Part shown: piece by piece, positions 23,900 through 36,400 of the stretch
How positions within the stretch are numbered: the first letter of the stretch is position 1
Layout: each line of letters opens with the position of its first letter
NCBI GenBank assembly: GCA_964036045.1
Contig: OZ038379.1
Coordinates: 38,750,001 to 38,814,000 of the forward strand
Source: Eutreptiella sp. 'Long Island Sound 2002'
Lineage: Eukaryota > Protista > Euglenida
Direction: 5' to 3'
Length of the DNA stretch: 64,000 nt
The notes under the pieces: generated by a model
What the model was told of the DNA's origin: nothing
The model's input: only the letters and a program-made list of their open reading frames with translations
The model's database searches: none
Position numbers and translations under genes: made by a program

Positions 23900-26208
23900 A
23901 TCGGGGTTAGACTCACACTCAGACGCAAACTTAGTCTCAGGGGGAGGGGGGGGCGGTCGCGTTCTGGGGGGCATCACAAGGATAACCATGTTCCTCGCGA
24001 GGGGGGCTGACGGCACTGGCCGTTTGCCCCCCCACACGTGGCAACTCCATAGCCACCTTTGCGAATTCCTTCAACACAATGGAGGCCCACCCCGTGCGCC
24101 CAAGGGCAACGTTCCCGGGTGTTGCTACCCAGGATGCTGCCTGATCAAACATGGCCATACACTCTCTCCCTAGCATGGCAAAATTTTCAAGAAGGGGGGT
24201 TTATCCCACTCCCTTGTGGGGTGTTGCAGATGCCTCGGCAACACCCGCAGTGCAATATATAAACAATTTTCTTGACTGCAGTGCGGGGGGCTCGTGTGAA
24301 GGGCAACTGCAACACTCCGTGCGCGCAACCTCACGCAAGTTGACTGAGGCATTAGGGCCTGCCAAATCATAAATTTCACCCCTCCTTGCGTGCACAGCAA
24401 CAACAATGCCGTGCAACCCCCCCCCACCAATCACCTCCCATGTGCCAAAAGGAGGGAGAGTGGAGGCAAGCATTTTGGGCAGGAGGGACTTGAGGAGATG
24501 GTGCTCTTTGCCTTCTGCCCATGGGGCACGCATCTGCACCGGCATCCCCTTTGCCTTTTTGCTGTGGGCAGTGGTAGTGTGCCTTAGCCAGCGCTCCTTG
24601 CCCTTGAGGCCAACCCCCCCTTGCCTGTTCCCCCCGCACATCTCCCGCACCCGCTGCTCTGCGGCCTTAAACTTCTTACCGTCCTCCACGAACTTCCCCC
24701 TCGGTACCCTAACCTGCTCAGCTGGTTGCCTAAACTGCACCCAATCATGCACCTCGGCCGTGACCCACAAAGAAAGAACAAACCCCGACGCGATTGTTCC
24801 CAACGGCGGGCTTCAGCAGGGCCACGGGAAAGGCGGGGGGAGGACCCCAAATTTTTCAACCCTCCCTAGCGTTGGCTTAGTGGTGATGGCAGCCTTGGTC
24901 TGCCAGGCCACCTAGGGGGTTTGGACGTGGCCTGGATTGCCACCCAGTTCTTGCTCTTCTTGGTGAAGAGGTGCAGGTAGTACTACACTTGCACTGCTGC
25001 CACGGCCACGCCCGCCCGTGCCGCCACCAATGCTGCTGATGCTGACGCTGCTTGAGCTGCGGCCTCCTCTAGTGTTGTTTCTTCTCGTGCTGCTGCTTCT
25101 CTTGCTGCCGCCGCTGCTGCTTCTTGTGCTGGCGCCGCTGGTGCTTCTGGGGCAGGGGGTGCCCATAGGGGGGCTGACATCGACGGCGATGGGCATGAAG
25201 ATGCCGAGGGCGATTGGGAAGCGGCGAGCATGCAACCGGAATAAATTGTGGGCCTTGCGCCAGCAGCAGAGGTGGAGCGCGCAGCCATGGCAGCTGAGAT
25301 AGCAGACATTTAGAAACATTGTCCTACCAAAACGGTGCCAAAATAGTGCATCCTTTTGGGGGGGGTGGGGTTACAGGGACTGAAACAAAGACACGCACTT
25401 ACCCTGTGGCTGGGGATGTGGACTGTTCACCCTTGGCTTGCAACCACGAGCCCATAACGGACAGTTTCACCCGTTTCGGTGCGGACTGGTTTGGCTTTGC
25501 AGCGGGGGCCAAAGAAAACTCTATACCCCACAGGGGGCCACAGGGGTGATATGTCGGTTTAGGTCTGTTCTGAATACTTCGCCCTCGGGGGGGGGGGGGG
25601 GGCACCACTTTTTCCCAAACCCCCGACGGGGCCTGGTCCCGTACCCGTCACCCTGAGTCTCCCCCATCACCTCATTAACATGGGTGCCACTGATAGGGGC
25701 TTTCAACGCACTATGGATGGTCGCGTGTGGTGCTTCGCAGAATGTCATTTATGACGACCTTTAACCCTTCAAAGGGGCTGTGTATAAAAGAGAGGGGGAG
25801 AAACTATTCATTACAAGTGATAGCTTTTTTACCGCGCTTTTTGACCTTGGCATTTTTAAACCAGGATAGCACATCACTCTGCATCCACTTCAGCTCGCGA
25901 ATTATTGGCGCAGGGTGGGTTGAAAGTACAAACTTGAGAAATTTATAGTGGTCACGGAGCCGCTCATTTCCCTCTTCGGCAAACGTGTGCTCCGCGTTAC
26001 ATTTGGGGTCAGGGCCAACTATATAAAGATTCCTATAATGTATGCCGTAATTTGTTTCGTGCTTGGGGGGAGTCGTCTTGCCGACAGCTTCCCTGGTAGT
26101 TAACACCGGTATTTGAAAATTTCTATGCATGTGCATGGCCAACAACGTATGTTTGGTTGAAATGGCATACTGCTTAGGTGTGACCGTATCTAAAAAACCC
26201 CTTAACAT
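23900..26208 (-). pseudogene. Decayed coding insertion (family C), possibly transposase-derived
   Basis: 25804-26208 is paralogous to 13870-14232 and is followed by a QGDGYG motif and further broken minus-strand ORFs. No complete catalytic series or termini found. Confidence 0.35.
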
Positions 26209-26283
26209 TCGGGGGTCGATTGTCTATGACGGCTTATGCCTCAAACATAGTGCCGCCAAGGCATGTTGAAGCCGGGACTATAC

Positions 26284-26406
26284 GTCCCCGGGTTAGGGTA
26301 ATTCCACATTGACGACATCAGCATCAACCATCTCTGCCTCAAACTCCAAACTTCCTCCGTCCTTGGGGCGCGAAGAGGATACATTGGTTTGGCTGGCGTT
26401 CGACAT
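26284..26406 (-). pseudogene. Family B copy 1 putative first coding exon
   Basis: MSNASQT...LEFEAEMVDADVVNVELP*PGD resembles copy 2 MSNSQGS...LELEGELIDADTANTEVPEPGNPG; GT donor candidate at 26283. Confidence 0.55.
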
Positions 26407-26479
26407 GTCTATTGCCAATGCCAGGGCCAAAAGTGCAACGTCACACAAGATCACAAGGTGCAGAGAGGCGCAACCAACA

Positions 26480-26960
26480 CCATGTGCAATTGACAATGGC
26501 CGCAAATCTTGTTCACAATTATTTGTACGTATCAGGACTGGTACGCAAGGCATGTCAAAGCAAAGAAAGAAGGAATGCCCCAAAATGCTTCCTTCTCGAG
26601 CCGGGGAGTAGCTCCAGGCAAGGATCTTCACTTGTCTTACCGGATTTGGCCTAGTGTTATCTGGCATAGGACACTGGCATCTATGGAGTGTGCAATTGGC
26701 AAGGAACACAAGTCTTGTTCACAAACATTTGTAAGTGTCTGGAATGGCACGCAAAGCACGTGAAAGCAAAGAAAGAAAGAATGCCCCTAATGGCCTCCTT
26801 CTCGAGCCGGGGAGTAGCTCAAGGCAGGGATTTTCCCTCGTCTGGCCGGATTGGGCCTAGTGTTCTCTGGCATAGGAAACTGACATCCACAGAGTCTGCA
26901 TTTGACAATGGACACAGGACATAAATCTTGTTCACAAATATTGTTCATGGCCCACCTTGC
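26480..26960. repeat. ~210-bp tandem repeat (about 2.3 units)
   Basis: TCTTGTTCACAA at 26507, 26713 and 26926; TTCTCGAGCCGGGGAGTAGCTC occurs twice. Confidence 0.85.
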
Positions 26961-27639
26961 AAGCAAAGCAGGCACCAAGCATCCAACTAAACATCCAATA
27001 GGTTGAGGTTCCACAAATGCCATCAAAATTTCTTCCGAGCGTTCCATGGAACCTCGGCTAGGGAGTCCTTAGAAGATTCCAAGCGATATTGGTTGCTTTT
27101 TGGGGCTCGAGCTGGCTCCCAAAACTTCCGAGCGGTTTTCCGGGGGTCGTACCCCCCCCGTATCTAAAATGGGGGAAGCGACCCCAGCGAAGCATATCGC
27201 ACGCACCTCGCCGGGTATCCCCCAAAATTGCCCCCGGTGAACAATATTGCTCTCTCTTGCAATGTTCTATGCTAGGCACCGGTGGTACATGTATGGCAAT
27301 GTCCATAGCTCAACGCAAGGCGATAGTGCATAGCCGACGAACAACATCGTCCATGTACCAACCCCGCAACTCGGTGGTGGAAGCCTTTGAGGGATTGCCA
27401 CGACAAATGTGACACGTCTCGTCTACCTCAGAAGCATCATCCTGTGTGGGCACTATATGGGGTGCGCAAACACGCATTCGGCCAAAAGAATGAGCTTTGG
27501 CTTATTCTTCTCCAAGAACACTCATATAGAGGGGTGTATTTCGAGATTCGGCCAGAAGAGTGAGCCACAGGTCATTCTTTTTTCATTTCATTGTTTTACA
27601 AGGGCACCCGTGGCAGGAAACTTTGCAAAAAAATTCAGG

Positions 27640-28720
27640 CGACGTGGTCTCGTGCCGCATGCTCTGCACGTTTTGCACGTTTTCTTCGGCGGTGTCCCTA
27701 GGGAAATTGCAGCAAGCTGTCCGTGTCGCACCCGTCGGCTGCGCTTTCTTTGTCGTTGTCCCCGGAGACATCCTGCATATCCTGCATCTCTGGCGCTTCC
27801 ACACGATGCACTGACAGAATTTGCGGAGCAGACTGGGATACCGATGCAGTACTTGGCCGATAGTCATCGCAGCCAGCAGGGTGGTTCACGCCATGGACCA
27901 TTGTGCCTACCAGCTTCTCGATGTAGCCTCTGCTGCAGTACTGGCAACAAGCAAGCAGCGCAAGAGACGACGGTGACTAGGAGTGGCAATGCTGGGTGGG
28001 GCAGTAGGGGGGGGTGGCAGTGGGTGGTCAGTGGGTTGCGCCTACCAAAGGTGTGCCGTACATGTCGGGTGTGTATGGGTGATGATGCTGCGCCACCGAC
28101 GCTGCCTAGCTAGGGGCCGAGGGCGCATGACGCCCCTCTCCTCCACTGACACCCCCTGTTGCGCGCATCCCCCCTCGAGAGGAAGGGCGGCCGGCGGCGG
28201 AGGGGGGCGGGGGGGTGCAATGGCGCAGCAGTGCCGGGCTGAAGCTGTGCATGGAGTGGCGAAGCAAGCTACCTGCGGTGAGGCGGGCCCAGGTGAACAG
28301 TGGACAATGGAGGAGTGGACATTGTAGCATGCTGTCCGTGTCCCACCCGTCGGCCGGACTTTCTTTGTTGTTGTCCATGGAGACATCCCGCACGTCCTGC
28401 ATGTCGTGCGCTTGAACAAAATGCACTGACAGAATTTGTGAAGGAGAGTGGGATACCAATGCAGTACTTGGTAAACACTCGTCACATCGAGTAGGGCAGT
28501 TCACACCATGGACCATTGTCGTTACCAGGTTCTTGACGCACCTTGTGCAGCAACATTGGCAACAAGCACGCAACACAAAAGATGATACACCAGGAATGCC
28601 AATACTAGGAGGGGCGGGGGGGGGGGGGGCAGCACGGGGGGCGGCAGTGTGTGGTCACTGGGTTGCGCACAGCAAAGGTTTGCCGGTACGCGTCGGGTGT
28701 CCATGGGTGATCTTGCTGCT
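27640..28720. repeat. Direct duplication of a ~350-bp block (27640-28000 vs 28320-28720)
   Basis: ATGCACTGACAGAATTTG...GGGATACC(G/A)ATGCAGTACTTGG...CCATGGACCATTG is present in both; the minus-strand peptides MVHGVN...QILSVH...DTDS align. Confidence 0.8.
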
Positions 28721-28909
28721 GCTGCGCCACCCATCCTGCCTGGCTAGGGGCCCAGGCCACATGACCCGCATCTCGTCCATTGACTCCCCCTATTGTGTGC
28801 ATTCCCCCCACAAGCAAGGGCGGCCCACCGAGGGGGGGGGGTCAAACAGCGCGGAAGTGGCGGAGTGAAGCTCCTCCCTTTGGGGAGTGGCAAAGCAATG
28901 TGCATAGAA

Positions 28910-30561
28910 TCACCTCGTAGAGGTTGTTAGATCAAAGCCAGGCAGGCGTATATAGGGAGGAAAACGGCACATACCCCCCCCCCCCATTTTGGCCTATTGG
29001 GCCTATTCGCGTACCCTACCACATGGGGTTGAATTGTTAGTTTCACCCCTTGTAAAAGCATTATTTTGTCCAATGAACGCATCCCCCAATGAGTTTTTGG
29101 TCCGGAGCCCCCCCACACCCCCCCCACTTGAAACCCACTTTTTTCAGGTTTTGAGGGAGGGGCGGGGGGGGTGGGGGTGGGGGGGGGGGTCAAAAATGTC
29201 TAAAAAAATGACCCCTCCCCTTTTTTGGGTGGAAAATCATGAATCTTTTGGTTTTTTTCGATTTTGAGCCGAAAAAGTGTTTCCGGGTCCCGACTCCATA
29301 GGGTTTGTACGGGGCGAAGTGGGACGAGCGCTTATGCAGTTTATGCACTTTTCAGCCATGTTTGCTATGTTGGCGGTTTTGGCGGATCCGGTGACCCTGT
29401 GGTATCCACTTTGAGGGGTGCGAGTGGCGATGTTGTGACAATATATGCCTACTAGGATACGGAAGTACTTTTTTTTGCAGTCTCTAGCCTTGCTTAGGGC
29501 CGTTCACAACCCGTGCCAAACACGCGAAATGACTGTTTCCACCAATAATGGCCTAGTGAATGGGCCGGTACACAACCTGTTTATGCAGTTTCTCACCTTG
29601 GGCAGCTCAAAAATCGAAGTTTTCGAAACTTGTTTTTCTGATATTGTGACCACATGATATGACCATACAAGCTATGTAAAGCATGTTTTAGGCCGTATTT
29701 ACGCGTTTTTCACCCCATGTGGGAATTAGGTGCGGGGGGGGGGGGGGGGGGGGGGCTCCCAAGGGATTGGTACACAACCTGCTCATGCAGTTTTTCACCC
29801 CGGGCAGCTCAAAAATCGAAGTTTTCGAAACTTGTTTCTCTGATATTGTGACCACCCAAAATGACCATCCAAGGTATGTAAAGCATGTTTTAGGCCGTAT
29901 TTACGTGTTTTCCACCCTATTTGGGTATCAGGTCCGCGGGGGGGGGGGGGAGTCTCCTAGGGGATTGGTACACCACTTGCTTATGCAGTTTTTGACCCCG
30001 GACAACTCAAAAATCGAAGTTTTTGAAACTTGTTTTCTTTGATATTCTGACCACCCAAAATGACCATCCAAGGTATGTAAAGCATGTTTAAGGCCGTATT
30101 TACGTGTCTTTCACCCTATTTGGGTATTAGGTCGGGGGGGGGGGGGTCTCCCAAGGGACTGGTACACCACTTGCTTATGCAGCTTTTCACCCCGGACAGC
30201 TCGAAAATCGAAGTTTTTGAAACTTGTTTTTTTGATAATGTGACCACCTAAAATGACCATCCAAGGTATGTAAAGCATGTTTCAGGCCGTATGTACATAT
30301 CATTCACCCTATTTGGGTATTAGGTCTGGGGGGGTGGGGGGGGTCATTGGTACACAACGTGCTTAGTCAGTTTTTCACTGTGGAGAGCTCAAAAATTGAA
30401 GTTTTCGAAAGTTACTTCTCTGATACCGTGATCACCTTAAATGATCATCCAAGGTATGTAAACCATGTTTTAGCCCGTATTCATGTAGTTTGTACCCCAT
30501 TTTGGGTCTGTGTTGCTTGGGATAGATTCTCTGCGAGGTGGACTTGCCGAAGGCAATAGAA
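28910..30561 (+). mobile_element. Non-autonomous Helitron2/Helentron-like element, unit 1 (five ~195-bp internal repeats)
   Basis: 5' CACCTCGTAGAG (28911-22) is inverted to 3' subterminal CTCTGCGAGGTG (30529-40), followed by hairpin TTGCC-GAA-GGCAA (30544-56). Confidence 0.65.
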
Positions 30562-31984
30562 TCACCTCGCATAGGTTGTTAGATCAAATCCAGGCAGTCG
30601 CATATAGGGGAAAACGCCACATACCCCCCCATTTTGGCCTTTTTGGGCCTATTCGCGTACCCTACCCCAAGGGGTTGAATTGTTAGTTTCACCCCTTGTA
30701 AAATCGTTATTTTGTCCAATAAACGCATCCCCCAGTGAGTTTTTGGTCCGGACCCCCCCAGACCCCCCCCACTTGAAACCCACTTTTTTGAGGTTTTGAG
30801 GGAGGTGTGGGGGGGGTGGGGGGGGGGTCAAAAAATGACCCCCCTCTTTTTTGGGTGGAAAATCATGAATCTTTTGGTTTTTTTCGATTTTGAGCCGAAA
30901 AAGTGTTTCTGGGTCGCGACTCTATGGGGTTTGTATGGGGTTGAGTGGGATGAGCGCTTATGCAGTTTATGCACTTTTCAGCCATTTTTCCTATGTTGGC
31001 AGTTTTGGCAACCCCGGTGACCCCGTGGTACCCACTCTAAGGGGTGTGAGTGGGGATGTTGTGACAGTATATGCCTACTAGGATACGGAAGTACTTTTTT
31101 TGCAGTCTCTAGCCTTGCTTAGGGCCGTTCACAACCCGTGCCATAGACCCGAAATGACCATTTCCACCAATAATGGCCTAGTGAATGGGCCGGTACACAA
31201 CCTGCTCATGCAGTTTCTCACCTTGGGCAGCTCAAAAATCGAAGTTTTTGAAACTTGTTTTAATGATATTATGATCACCTAAAATGACCATCCAAGGTAT
31301 GTAAAGCATGTTTTAGGCTGTATTTACATGTTTTTTCACCCTATTTGGGTATTAGGTCAGGGGGGGGGGGGGTCTCCCAAGGGATGGGTACACAACTTGC
31401 TCATGCAGCTTCACACCCTAGGCAGCTCAAAAATCGAAGTTTTCGAAACATGTTTTGATGATATTGTGACCACATGATATGACCATCCAAGGTATGTAAA
31501 GCATGTTTTAGGCCGTATTTACGTGTTTTTCACCCTATTTGGGTATTAGGTCCGGGGGGGGGGGGTCCCAAGGGATGGGTACATAACCTGCTTATGCAGT
31601 TTTTCACCGCGGGCAGCTCAAAAATCGAAGTTTTCAAAAGTGGTTTTTATGATATTGTGATCAACTAAAATGACCATCCAAGGTATGTAAAGCATGTTTT
31701 AGGCCGTATTTACATGTTTTTCACCCTATTTGGGTATTAGGTCAAAGGGGGGGGGGGGCTCCCAAGGGATGGGTACACAACCTGCTGGTGCAGTTTTTCA
31801 CCCCGGGCAGCTCAAACATCGAAGTTTTCGAAACTTGTTTTTTTGATATTGTGATCACCTAAAATGATCATCCAAGCTATGTAAAGCATGTTGTAGGCCG
31901 TATTTATCTAGTTACCACCCTACTTTGGGTGTGTGTTGCTTGGGGTAGATTCTCTGCGAGGTGGACTTGCCGAAGGCAATAGAA
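30562..31984 (+). mobile_element. Non-autonomous Helitron2/Helentron-like element, unit 2, head-to-tail with unit 1 (four internal repeats)
   Basis: Same ~650-bp header; 5' CACCTCGCATAG (30563-74), 3' CTCTGCGAGGTG (31952-63) and hairpin (31967-79). Confidence 0.65.
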
Positions 31985-32274
31985 CTTATAATCATTGTAC
32001 CGCTGCACGACACGCACGACGCGGCCGACGCGGCCAACGGCTCGTGGGAACATCGTAGAGACATCGCGTAGGACACACAGGAAACGTAGAATACCTCGGC
32101 AGAGCTCCAAAGACACACTCAACGGCGATGTGCACGACGCGTAGAGCGCTCTCCACCGGTGTTTCTTTTTTGTGGGCAGCTCGCAACAAAATACCGGCCT
32201 TGGAACCACTATCGAGTGGGTTGTTGCCATAGGACCAATGTGCCGCGAACCCACAACACCCCATCCGCCACGGA

Positions 32275-33447
32275 ATGTCGGAATTGGTTGGATTTACAAG
32301 AGATGAAGTTTCAATCGCATGCAAGCCCTTCTATGGATTACAGTGCGCAATCCTTGTGGAGCGGGACCAAATGGCACTAAATGTGTTTTGTGAGCTTTGC
32401 AAAGTGGCTCCAAACATCGTGCATGCTGTGCGCGGTGGCTCTTGTTGTTGTGCGCGTTGTACGGAACATGACTCATGTGGACCTCAATCCAATCACAACA
32501 CGCCTACACCATGATGTAGGTACACTCACTTCTTGACATGCTTGGGCATGATACGTCCGGTACAGGTGGATGGTATTTGGGACAGAAGCCACCTCGCGTA
32601 CACCAAGTATGTGTTGTCCCTCTTACCACGGACAAAGAACTACCGGCTATAAAATATACTACGAACACATGCGACTTAGTTGAAGATTGCAACTCCGCTT
32701 GGAGTGAGGCGGCCGTGTGTGGGGCGGAAGCAATCGTCCCCCCACATTGGGGGGCGATTGTCCACCATGTTTTGGTTCGACGGGTTCTTCGGGAGCCATA
32801 CCATGGCATAACACCTCGCGCAGCGTGATCATCCTTTCTTGATCCTCATCAAGAAGGAAAAGCGCCTCACGCAAGAGGGGTATTGTGCCCGGACAATTGT
32901 GGACGGCTGCTACGAGCTGTGCGTCTACAAGAATCCAAAGGAGGGCCACAAGCCCCCTAAAATCGTCCGCTTTGTTACAAATTGTTGGTATCGGGTCCAT
33001 GCGCCAGACAAGGACGAGAGGGGGAACAACCTCCCCGCCATGGTGCCCAAGTACTTGGAGGTCAAACGTGCAGTTGACATGGCAAAGCTAATGGCACTAC
33101 AAATGCATCAAGTGGGGCGCCAAACGACATGGAGCCACGCTGTGCATGCCTTCATGTTGCGTTCCACAGCCGGAAATGCCTTTGGCGCATGCAAGGCATT
33201 GGGACTGGTGTAGGGGAAGACCACCATGTGGGCGTTCCAACGGGATATTCTAAAGCGCCCGCACCTCGGGGGACCTGAGTTCAATGCGCCGTGGCCGTGG
33301 CAATACCGCGCGGTTCACGCGCCGGTGTGCCTTCCCCACCGCAGGACCGACATGCACTGCGGTGAGGGCCGGACGCATTCGGCATGTGGGGTGTGTGGCA
33401 CGCCTATGCAGATTGTACGCTTTGGGCCCGCTCACAACGCCGAGTAG
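32275..33447 (+). pseudogene. piggyBac-like transposase remnant with C-terminal Cys/His-rich domain
   Basis: Across frames: WYLGQKP, FWFDGFFGS (like the MDNFFTS second D), LPAMVPKYLEVKRAVDMAK...TWSHAVHAFML...NA (like P..V..YN..MGGVD..D...W) and HCGEGRTHSACGVCGTPM...FGPAH. Confidence 0.6.
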
Positions 33448-36400
33448 GTCATGGGCAACAACGGGCTACGACGAGACGAACATGAGGGCCGGGGCCTTTG
33501 CAATTACTACCCATGGGCCTAGTGCCTGCGAACCCTTGTGGGACAACCGCGATACCCCATGGTGAGGACGCAACACCTCCCCCCTATCCACAAACTCACA
33601 AACAAACATGTGCACCATGCTACATGTGCAAAACAGTATGTTTTGCATTCTGCGCGTCGTGCCCGTCATGTGTCAGTGGCACTCAACATGTCCCCTGAGC
33701 CAAGCCTAGATTTCCCCATACATCATGGCGCATCATGCGCGTTCTGCATGTCGTACAACGTTTTATTTGGCTTGCTGGAGACACGGAGGGCGTTTTCCGT
33801 GTCTCCAGTTGCAAATGGCGGCTGTGTAGACAATAGAATATGCAAAATGTTTTAAGAAGAGAGTGCAAAGATTAGGTAGCAGCACTGTACAACCAGTGAG
33901 TTTTACGGAAAAAAGGTGTCTCCCCTTCCAAATTAAGGGAACATCTCCCCCTGCACACAGCCTCACCAATAAACATGAGCAATCAATGTGGCAACAACAA
34001 TGTGGGAAATGGCAAATATACACTCCCTAGTGTGCAATATTTCAAGTTTGGTGGAGCAGTTTTTCACAGGTATGCAGAGGTACAAAAAATTGCCATTGTG
34101 ATCATGCGTATTTAGTAGCGTGCTTTTGTGTTGGGTACATGTGTAACGTGCCACCCAAGGATACACTGCCACATGTCACTACTTCACTGAGCCGTCGGAG
34201 CTCTCGGACTAATCCACTTGACACCATCAGGCAAAGGCCGAAGGCTCAAGCATCTCCGGACATGTTGTGGAACGGCGGGAGGCCACTCAAATGGATGACC
34301 ATGTCAAAGCAAGGAATATGTGATACATGGACACGCTCCGTTGTATCCTGGTTCGTCACATGTCACTCAAACGCACAAAAAACAATCTTTTTTGGCATCG
34401 AAATACCTGGCACCATGCCAACCCTTGGTGACTTGGCCAGCTACCATGCCACCATACCACCGTGCCAACCTTTGGTCAATCTTCCAATTTTGTAGGCAAA
34501 ATTGTCACCAACGACTCCAATCATCCTCTGCCCATCGGGAGCGTCGCTTCTAACATTGCAAGTGTTTTCCGCGGCGACCTGTGGGGGCATTGCACCAAAG
34601 TGTGGTAAGCAGCTTGCAACCAATCATTGGAAGCATGGGTTGTGACATCAGAAGCGTTTTTGGAGCCGATTTTGGGTGCGCAAGCCCGGTGTAAGGTGTG
34701 CACCACACCAACGGGCACTCATACAATGACCCCCGAAACAGATTACCCGTCAAAAAACCCGAAATTCTCAAATTGTGTCACGGCCCCTCCAATGACCACC
34801 ACCACCACCATCACCGATATTCAAAATTCACTAATGTGCATTAGTGCGCCACTCCTCAAAGAGAAATTGCGCTGGCTACCATGGCCAACCTTGCCCAATG
34901 ATAGGGTCCCAATGCAACATCCGATTTGCGGAGCGCCGAGTTTCCCAGCTCCCCCCAGCCACCACACCCACACAGCCCTGCCCCCGTTCCGCCACAGCGT
35001 GCAATCCGCCTAGTTAGCCTCCCGCACCCTGCATGCACAAAAGCACACATACATAGCAACACAAATTGCTTATGGCTTGGTCTCCCGTTTTAAAGAGCTA
35101 CAGTGTTGGTAGGCAAGCAATCCATCTCGCTCATTAAATGGGCTACGGGTGCTGACATAGATGGTGCGCCAGGATCGACATTGACGACGACACGGCATTG
35201 CCGCGGGGACAAGAGGATGTGTGCAGAGCGCAGGGCTGGCCGGCAGAACTTTTTTGGTGGAGGAGGTGCCGCTACGGCAACCTTGGGGTCGGAAATGCTA
35301 ACGGTGACAGCATTGGTCCAACTTACACGCTCCCCTGAGAGATACAGCTGCACGGACTGACGGCGCTGCACCGCAAATTTGTAGCGCGTGAACCCCATAT
35401 CCACAAGGTCGCGCATTGTAGATGGTTCGGCGGTGTTGTGGAGGTGTTCGGTCCACGGAGACAGGGGATCTTGTGCACAATGGTGGAGAAGGGTTTGGAT
35501 GCACAACCATAGGGACTCATGTATGTGGTGGGGGCTAGTAATAGTGGCCTCTTACGGGGAAGCCGTGGCCGAGGGGGGGGGGGTCAACATGGGTAAAGGA
35601 GCGCCTTCACACAACGCTCGATCGGACAGTGGTGTGCAATACTCTAGGTCATCGACGTCCGCCAAGGGTATTGAGCATCCGAGTCCCATGAGTCCTCCTG
35701 AAAATTTCTGTATTGTAAGACTTCCGGCAGATCAAACCATCCCACATCAACGAAGGGAAGGTACTTCTCGGGATCGGAAGGGGAAGCCATGGGACGGGAT
35801 GTGTATTGAAAGAAACACAGCGAGCTCAGCAACCAGCCGACCCGAAGAAAAAAAAACTGGCAAGAGGGTGCACAAATCACGTTAACTATCGATGCACAAA
35901 GTTCTCATACATAGTGTGACAACACCTCCTATGTTGGGCATCACGTGGCAAACGAGTTTGCAAACAAACACGCACAAAGCAAAATAGTTGCTCCGAAACT
36001 AAGGTTCGTTTTTTTCCATGAAAACGTGACTGCCGACCATGCCCTGGATAGGCCACCTGAATCCGTGCAGCGCTCATCGCCACTGGCATCCCAAGGGTTA
36101 GTTGCACCGCCCGGCATACGGAGATTGTAATTTCAAGGGACGGGGTGGGGGCGGGGCCGTGCACTGCAAAATAAAAAAAAGATGTCACACAAGAAGTGGC
36201 ATTACATTTTGTGTCCCCACCTTGCGAGGTTGGGGGGGGGGGGGTTTCATGGCTGCATTGTTTCAAAATTGGCCCAAGTAGGACATAGAAACCCTCATGT
36301 GTGAGGGGCAGTGATGGAACTATTTCCTAAAAACGGGGCATGCCTACTTGGTGTGACGGCAACCATTCATCAGAAACAGTGCTTCCGGCATCAGAGGCGA

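Larger units (their letters stand above)
13580..27293 (-). mobile_element. RAG1-core/Transib-like DNA transposon, family B copy 1 (decayed, carries nested insertions)
   Basis: Ends CACATG-N14-AGCATAGAA (13580-13608) and TTCTATGCT-N14-CATGTA (27265-27293). Internal homology to copy 2. The flanks rejoin into the sequence seen intact at ~63180-63345. Confidence 0.8.
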
